From the IMG/VR virus record IMGVR_UViG_3300028107_000175, positions 87,578-151,577 of that record: DNA of 64,000 nt; one strand, given 5' to 3'. Origin of the DNA: a virus. The position numbers and the translations under genes were made by a program. Of this stretch, positions 63,316-64,000 are shown in pieces; positions within the stretch are counted from its first letter, which is position 1; each line of letters opens with the position of its first letter. The notes beneath the pieces are model-generated. The model had not been told where the DNA came from, did no database searches, and worked only from the letters and a program-made list of their open reading frames with translations.

Positions 63316-63678
63316 ATGCTCTACTATTACCTGTGGTGTGCATTGTACGTGTGTTGCGCAGCCTACGCAGCCTTCGGACTGATCGTGGTATATGAAGATG
63401 TGGTCATGGATCGCATGGCCTTCTACAAGCGGTCGCGGTGGCGTGACTACTACCGACATCCGTTCCGGTCCATGTTCAAGAACCTGACGATACCGGCTGT
63501 TCTCATCATCGTGGCGACCTTCAGTCTGGCCATGGGTGAAACCTACCGGGCCGATCCGATGCTGACATGGTACGAGCGAATCGGAGGTTCACTGATCTGG
63601 GCTTGGTTCTGGGCCCGTCTGTTGCAGAGTGCCTACATGTACTTCGGTACGGCACATGCGCGTCGCCATGCGACATAG
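63316..63678 (+). CDS. Membrane protein (3 TM)
   Basis: MLYYYLW...; hydrophobic segments. Confidence 0.6.
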   Translation: MLYYYLWCALYVCCAAYAAFGLIVVYEDVVMDRMAFYKRSRWRDYYRHPFRSMFKNLTIPAVLIIVATFSLAMGETYRADPMLTWYERIGGSLIWAWFWARLLQSAYMYFGTAHARRHAT

Positions 63679-63685
63679 CGACATA

Positions 63686-63737
63686 ACTCCCTCCACCCCG
63701 CAAAGGGTGGAGGGAGAGGCTATGCCTTTTTTCTTGG
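63686..63737. terminator. Bidirectional terminator (repeat family with 12487)
   Basis: CTCCCTCCACCC-cgcaaa-GGGTGGAGGGAG, flanked by ACATAA and CTATGCC plus a T tract. Confidence 0.8.
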
Positions 63738-63738
63738 C

Positions 63739-64000
63739 TTAGGCAGCCGGCGCGGCGGCCGGAGCAGCAGCCGGCGCGGCGGCCGAAGTAGCGGCAGCCA
63801 CTTCTTCACGAGCCTTCAGCATGGCGCTCAGGAACGCGTACATGTTGCGCAGGCCGATCACTTCCAGCTGACCCAGCGTGTGCAGCAGACGGCCGGAGAG
63901 GTTTTCCAGGGCAGCAGCCACATGCAGGTAGCTCGGATCGGTGATGTTGGCGACCTTCTGCTCGGCATGGGCCATGCCGGTCTGCACCTTGTTCGTCTCG
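63739..64000 (-). CDS. C-terminal end of a probable internal head protein paralog (5'-truncated by the window edge)
   Basis: Frame is open to the window end; final helix plus AAAPAAAPAA tail resembles the end of 32641-34035. Confidence 0.5.
   Translation of the reverse strand, partial: ETNKVQTGMAHAEQKVANITDPSYLHVAAALENLSGRLLHTLGQLEVIGLRNMYAFLSAMLKAREEVAAATSAAAPAAAPAAAPAA

Noticed and set aside
1-64000. tRNA genes, CRISPR arrays, IS/transposases, integrase, inteins, introns, stop-codon recoding
   Set aside because: No cloverleaf/TTCGA-CCA patterns in the intergenic gaps and no regularly spaced repeats. No DDE/tyrosine recombinase or C...HN intein motifs. Core genes are full-length under code 11.

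Overview
This 64-kb window (about 60% GC, standard genetic code) is part of a phiKZ-like jumbo phage genome (Chimalliviridae, predicted nucleus-forming). (1) 1-12.5 kb is the conserved core block: ChmC-like RNA-binding protein (partial), gp68-like nvRNAP subunit, PicA/Imp1-like nuclear-import protein, gp70-like protein, nvRNAP beta-C and beta'-C subunits, and an SF2 helicase. (2) 12.5-38.8 kb holds the exonuclease half of the split family-B DNA polymerase, a virion RNAP beta' fragment, baseplate-like genes, and a tandem family of protease-matured internal head proteins. (3) 38.9-41.3 kb is an early-promoter accessory island with a divergent Tad1-like sponge and several tail-anchored peptides. 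(4) 41.4-47 kb contains further virion genes. (5) 47-64 kb is an accessory/metabolic region: tmk, DHH phosphoesterase, endolysin, SLOG protein, HD phosphodiesterase-like protein, thyA, and many small ORFs. The most interesting unexplained signals are a ~270-nt highly structured intergenic RNA candidate at 58.2-58.5 kb, the divergent Tad1-like protein, a dispersed set of nucleotide-signal/ADP-ribose enzymes, a 37-bp phage promoter family, and GC hairpins flanked by CATA/TATG late-promoter motifs. No tRNA, CRISPR array, intron, intein or IS element was recognised. All homology calls come from motif recognition and remembered synteny, not database searches. Many start codons were re-picked downstream of the ORF-track start using RBS context.
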